From Raillietiella orientalis (taxonomy: Eukaryota): 64,000 nt of DNA. The notes beneath the pieces are model-generated. The model saw only the letters and a list, made by a program, of their open reading frames with translations. It was not told where the DNA came from and searched no databases. The first letter of the stretch is position 1. Every line of letters starts with the position of its first letter. Below, piece after piece: positions 59,685 to 64,000 of the stretch. The translations under genes were made by a program, and so were the position numbers. The stretch covers positions 186,001 through 250,000 of the forward strand of contig JAYWIR010000087.1 of assembly GCA_036172245.1 (NCBI GenBank). The letters are read 5' to 3'.

Positions 59685-62669
59685 TTTCTCAACCGGATAT
59701 GCCGGGGAATTTATTATTCTAATTTGTTACAAAAATTAGATAATAAAGTCTTTAAAAAATGTTTTCTGTGGGGGAACACTGGGTTCTTCCACGCTACAAT
59801 GTACTCCCTACCCGGTCTTTAGACCGGCAAGGTTCTCTCCCCAGGCGCTGGGAACGGGAAAAGGAAAACAGAAAACGAAAATAAAAAGGAAATAACGAAG
59901 AGGAAAACTGTTTTATGAGGAGGTGGGGGGTAGGGAAGAGATCACTGGTCACCTGCTTCAGTCCTCCGCATCCTGTTCAAGATGGCGTCAAGTTCTGCTT
60001 TCACCGTGGTAGGTAGACGCCACTTTGTTGCCGTCTCCAAAGAGATCGTCGTGCAGAGGATGTCGTCCCTGCATCTTAAGCCTCTTCTTGTTGCGTGCCA
60101 CCTATGCACAATGCCGCGCAAGGCAGCAGAGGACTACTAGAGATGCAGCGGGGTGCAGGCCGTCACGCGGAAAGAGGCTACGGTAAATGTCCTTAGTGTC
60201 GCCTACTGTTAGATGGAGGATTGGGGCGATTCGTCTTCAGAGTCCATCCAAGGAGACACACTCGAGGATGAGATGCGGGAAGGTTTCTCTTTCACCGCAC
60301 TCCACTCAGCTTGCATCCACATTCTCCAGTGTCCAGTTAAACAGGCGTGCTCTGCTTAACAATCCCCACTGCAAAAAAAGCAACGCCGTCTCCTGCCACT
60401 TTAAAGGAAGGGTGTCGCTATCCCAAGACGCTGGGGGAGAGTTCACCTCCTACAGAGCTATTGCGAGCAGCTCTCCTCAGCGCGCAAGTCCGTGAGGCGG
60501 GGCGCTCGGGGTGGCAGCGTCCGTTAGCCCCCGAGTCGTCCACGCTTTTAAAGCTATTCTGCTGCCTTAGATGAGGCAAGACATTTCTCACGATGCACTC
60601 TCGTTGCTGCTTCTAATGTTCTTCAGGAAGGACAGAAGGGGTAAGGGGACTAAAAGAAGCCCACAGAAACTTCCAGGGCGTGTTGATAATCTTCTGCAGC
60701 GGCTGTCGAGCGTACGGTCCTCGTCGTAGGCAGTTGTATTCCGCCTCACTCGTGCCGTTGATCTTAGCCCACGCGGGGGATGACTCTTGAAGCCAAGCAG
60801 TGCAGTTCGCAGGAAGGCAGGAGATCCAAGTATTTTCCCTCATTAGGGTGACCATCTGGCGCAAATAAGGACCACAGTTAAAAAGTCTGCGCCGGAAGGC
60901 CACGAGGTTCGGGGACAATCCTTCGAGGCCTGTCGCTCTTCTGGCGAGGAGCCGTACTGGATTGCACCATGGCGTCATCCATGAGCAAGTTGCAAGGGCT
61001 AACTTCCAAAGTGTAGTTTGCAGTTCGATGTGCTCCAACGTAAGGAGGCCCAAGACACCATCCCTGCGTGGAGCGCACAAGTCTTTCAATCGGACTCGCG
61101 ACCTCGCTGTGCCCAAAAGGGCATTCCTCAAGAGGGCTTTGGTCCGTCTCTGTATGATGGGAGGGGCGGGACAAACAAGAAGTAGTAGGCGAATGAGGAA
61201 AGACGCAAACGCGTTCCACACCGCGGCCCGCTACTGCAAGTAAAACTTGCTGTTCCGGAACGAGCCGATCGAAAACTCCACCGTTTGGAGACCGTTGGAA
61301 CAGGCTTCTGCAACGCAGAAGTCCTTCGACGGAACGCCAAGGTACTTGAAGCTCCTGCCCGTGGGGATCGACAAGCGGATCCAGTCCGGCCGTCCGGTCC
61401 ACGCCGTATTTTAAAAAGCAGTGGTTATGTAGGAACGATGTAAGATTTCTCTCTGTTCACCTCGAGGTCCGTCCCGCATCGCAGCAACTCAAAGAAATCT
61501 TTCAGCGCCGACGCCGGTGTTGACCCGGGGAGCAGGAGCAGATCGTCGTCGGCGTATGCGGACGCGGCAGGCGTGCCGGGACACGAGGTTGGCAAAGATG
61601 CCAGAGTCTGCCTGTATGCCCTCAGCACCTGCTCTAAGTAGATGCTGAAGAGCAAGGAACTCAAGCTGTCACCCTGCCTCATGCCACGCCGAACGGGCAC
61701 GCCGTACACGTGCCGGCCGCTAAAAGTGATGTTTATCAGTGCGAAGCGCCATGAGAAGCGCAGGTAATTTCGGAAGACGGCCTGGAATCCCAAGCGTCCC
61801 AGGAGCTCCAGATGGAGTTCCTCGTCGACGCAATCGAACGCTTTACGTAGATCGACTGCGACCGCAAGGGATCCGGGCGCGGTACTTCCATGAAGGACGT
61901 CCCCTCCCTGGTCACAGGAGAATCCAGGATTCTCTTGCCCTTCCTGGTCTTTGCTTTCTTGCAACTTCTACCGTGTACTGGCCTAGAACAGGTTGGCTCC
62001 CAAGGATCGTCCTGGAACAGCGTATGTCTGTTCCGGACTGACCACTGAATCCGCTACCCGTTTCAGTCGCTCAGCACAAAGCTTGGCAAGCAGCTTCGCA
62101 TCCGCATTCACTAATGTGATGAGACGCCAGTTGTTTACGTTACGATTGTCTCCTCCTTCCGGCAGGAGACGTACTCCAACTGACTGGAACGATTTGGGGA
62201 AGTCCACTTGTTCTCTGATCAGCATGCAAAACCGATAAACCACGAGGGCCAGCTCATTCACGAATCCTTGGTAGAACTCCGCGGGCAGGCCTTCTTTACC
62301 TGGCGCTTTTTTTTTCTGAGCTTTCCGATATCGGAGGTGATCTCCGCCATCGAGAAAGACCCCACGAGTTTATGTTTTTGCTCCTGCTGTAACGCGGGAG
62401 CGCCTTGCGGGAGCGAGCGCTGCGCCTCGGCGCGCTCTGTTGACCCTCTTGCGTGCAGAAAGGAGTAAAAGTCACGCAGGATGCGGTTTATTATCGCTGG
62501 AGCTGAGCATTCCTGGCCTTGGGCATCCAGCAAGGTGACCAACCCGGATTGCCAGGTCTGTCTCAGCCCCAGCTTTATACCATCCCAGGCGTCGAACCTC
62601 GGGAATCCTACAGTAAAGACGAACGCAATGGTATGCCCGGTCGTTCTTCAGCCCTTGGTCGAAAGTCGG
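59685..62669 (-). mobile_element. Copy Q, delta family: linker, RT, C-terminus and terminus; host of R
   Basis: NWRLITLVNAD, VDLRKAFDCV, RQGDSLSSLLF, YADD, KYLG. Terminus AATAAA-TTC-CCCGG-CATAT-CCGGT-TGAGAAA at 59715-59685. Confidence 0.87.
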
Positions 62670-64000
62670 TGTAGGTGGACGTGTTTTTTGGCCGCTCCGC
62701 CAGCGCTTGTCTGGGCAGCAACCGAAGTTCTTGCAGTTAGCTCTCAAGTGTGGGTCATCGGTGACCGATGGCAGTCGTGCCAGAAAACAACGCATTGGAT
62801 GTAGTCGTGGAAGAGGCAAGTCCTTCCACACAACCTACAGCTATGGCGGCAACAGTCCCTGGACCGGCTTCGCAGCCGGCGAAGGCTTGGAGCGAAATGG
62901 TCGCCGAACCCAGTACGGAAGCCTTGGCCGAGGAAGTCGCTTATCTGGCCTGTGAATACAAGCCATCGCTTATATACAAGGTAGGCCCTTTTTTTAAGAG
63001 AATCATGGCGCGCTCTTCCAGCAGAGCGCTTCAAAATGCTAATGTACGTGAGGAAGATCTGCAAGGTCTGTGCGTGCTCAACGGGGCGCAGCGTGTTGAG
63101 CCGGTGTGCAGGAGCTTCAGCTTAGCCGATCGCCTGATAAATACCCCGCTGATCATGAACGGCCGTTAGGTCTTTCCGGTGTCAATGAACCACTCGGTAG
63201 TGGTCCACTTCACAGGAATATCTAAGCGCATGACGTGCAATGCCGTCAAAGAAGAATTAAGTAAGTACGGGGACGTACGCGCGCTGTGGCCGAAGCCCAC
63301 TATCTTTGAGTGCTACGGACGCCACTTGGAGGCCTCGCCGCGGCACGTGTGACCCCAAAAGACGATGCGAAGCTTCCCCACAAACTTAAGGTCGCAATAG
63401 AACCGGTAGACCTCTGGTATGCGTGCAAGCCACGGTATTGCGGCTAGTGCGATGCGGTCGGACACATCCGAAAGAGGTGCCCGAACATCGTATGCTACTT
63501 GTGCGGGGAAAAGGGACACGTCCGTCGCGTGTGCCCTAAACGCCTCAACCCAATTTCCTCGGCCGCCAAAATGGCGCAAGGGAAATTGGAAAACCGAGAA
63601 ATTGGACGAGAAAAGCTGCCAGGAACCCGAGCTCCAAGCGCGGCGTCGGAGAAAAATCTCCTTGAAACCGCAGAGGGAGAACAGGGCTGGCAGCTAGTCA
63701 AAGCCAAAAAAGAGAAACATGACAAGGATGTCCCGAAGAAAGGAGAGAAGGCGGCGTCTGGAACAAACGCTAAATCGGTACCGCGCGAAAAAACTCTCCG
63801 AGAATGCACGGCTACGCTGGAGCGCATTGACGTTCCCGCCGACAACACCGGAGGCGATACGGCTTCAATCGATTTTCCCGCCGCGACGGTTGTGCGCGAA
63901 AACCCACCCCCTGCTTGCGAAGAGTGTCAGCCGGGCTACAAACTCGCCAAAACCGGGGACGCAGCCCTCAACAAGTCCGCGGAGGAGCTTGCGGCAACGC
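62670..64000 (+). mobile_element. Copy R, alpha family: 5' end and ORF1 (ATG 62768), inserted antisense at the (G)FD site of Q; runs off the window end
   Basis: GGACGTGTTTTTT at 62677; EYKPSLIYKVG; CYLCGEKGHVRRVC. The host strand reads 'TFDQGLKNDRAY' from the junction. Confidence 0.87.

Noticed and set aside
2141..59715. CCCGG hairpins as CRISPR repeats or intrinsic terminators
   Set aside because: They are kilobases apart, lack spacers and always mark element 3' ends next to a poly(A) signal.
178..63848. The many short antisense and alternative-frame ORFs as host genes
   Set aside because: They are shadows of GC-rich retrotransposon coding sequence with no independent motifs.
1..64000. Bacterial RT systems (group II intron, retron, DGR, CRISPR-associated RT)
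   Set aside because: The RTs are joined to an APE endonuclease and CCHC finger, preceded by a zinc-knuckle ORF1 and followed by AATAAA. There are no operons, template/variable repeats or cas genes.
1..64000. LTR retrotransposon or endogenous retrovirus, suggested by the gag-like knuckles
   Set aside because: No LTRs, protease, RNase H or integrase motifs were seen, and TSD lengths vary (about 6-16 bp) as expected for target-primed reverse transcription.
1..64000. rRNA, tRNA, snRNA or telomeric-repeat targets typical of other site-specific LINEs
   Set aside because: No such sequence is recognisable; every resolved flank is another retrotransposon.

Overview
Eukaryotic, GC-rich DNA made up almost end to end of decayed non-LTR retrotransposons of L1/Tx1-type architecture: ORF1 with CCHC zinc knuckles, and ORF2 with an APE endonuclease, reverse transcriptase (RT) and C-terminal CCHC finger. 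I found no host gene, RNA gene or prokaryotic feature. By reading junctions, target-site duplications (TSDs) and termini I resolve about 19 copies in about 5 families assigned by eye (alpha: S, F, A, B, I, R; beta: D, E, C, K, O; gamma: J1, J, P; delta: G, H, N, Q; epsilon: M), nested up to five deep. The nesting is not random. (1) All five alpha copies with a visible junction sit antisense at the same position, in the 'LPxGF[G/D]^xG' codons of the endonuclease-RT linker of other copies, and two of them form a tandem with a perfect 13-bp TSD. (2) Two gamma copies sit antisense at the RT 'D-L-x-K-A-F-D-C' motif. (3) 13 of 16 scorable nested insertions are antisense to their host. The families also share cis-signals: a DPE-like RGACGTG motif a few nt inside the 5' end, a TAATG/TGATG stop-start between ORF1 and ORF2 (TAACA in alpha), and a 3' terminus of AATAAA plus a CCCGG-N5-CCGGG hairpin with almost no poly(A). 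The candidate undescribed system is a guild of retrotransposons that target one another, some sequence-specifically. Coordinates were read by eye; junctions without TSDs are approximate.
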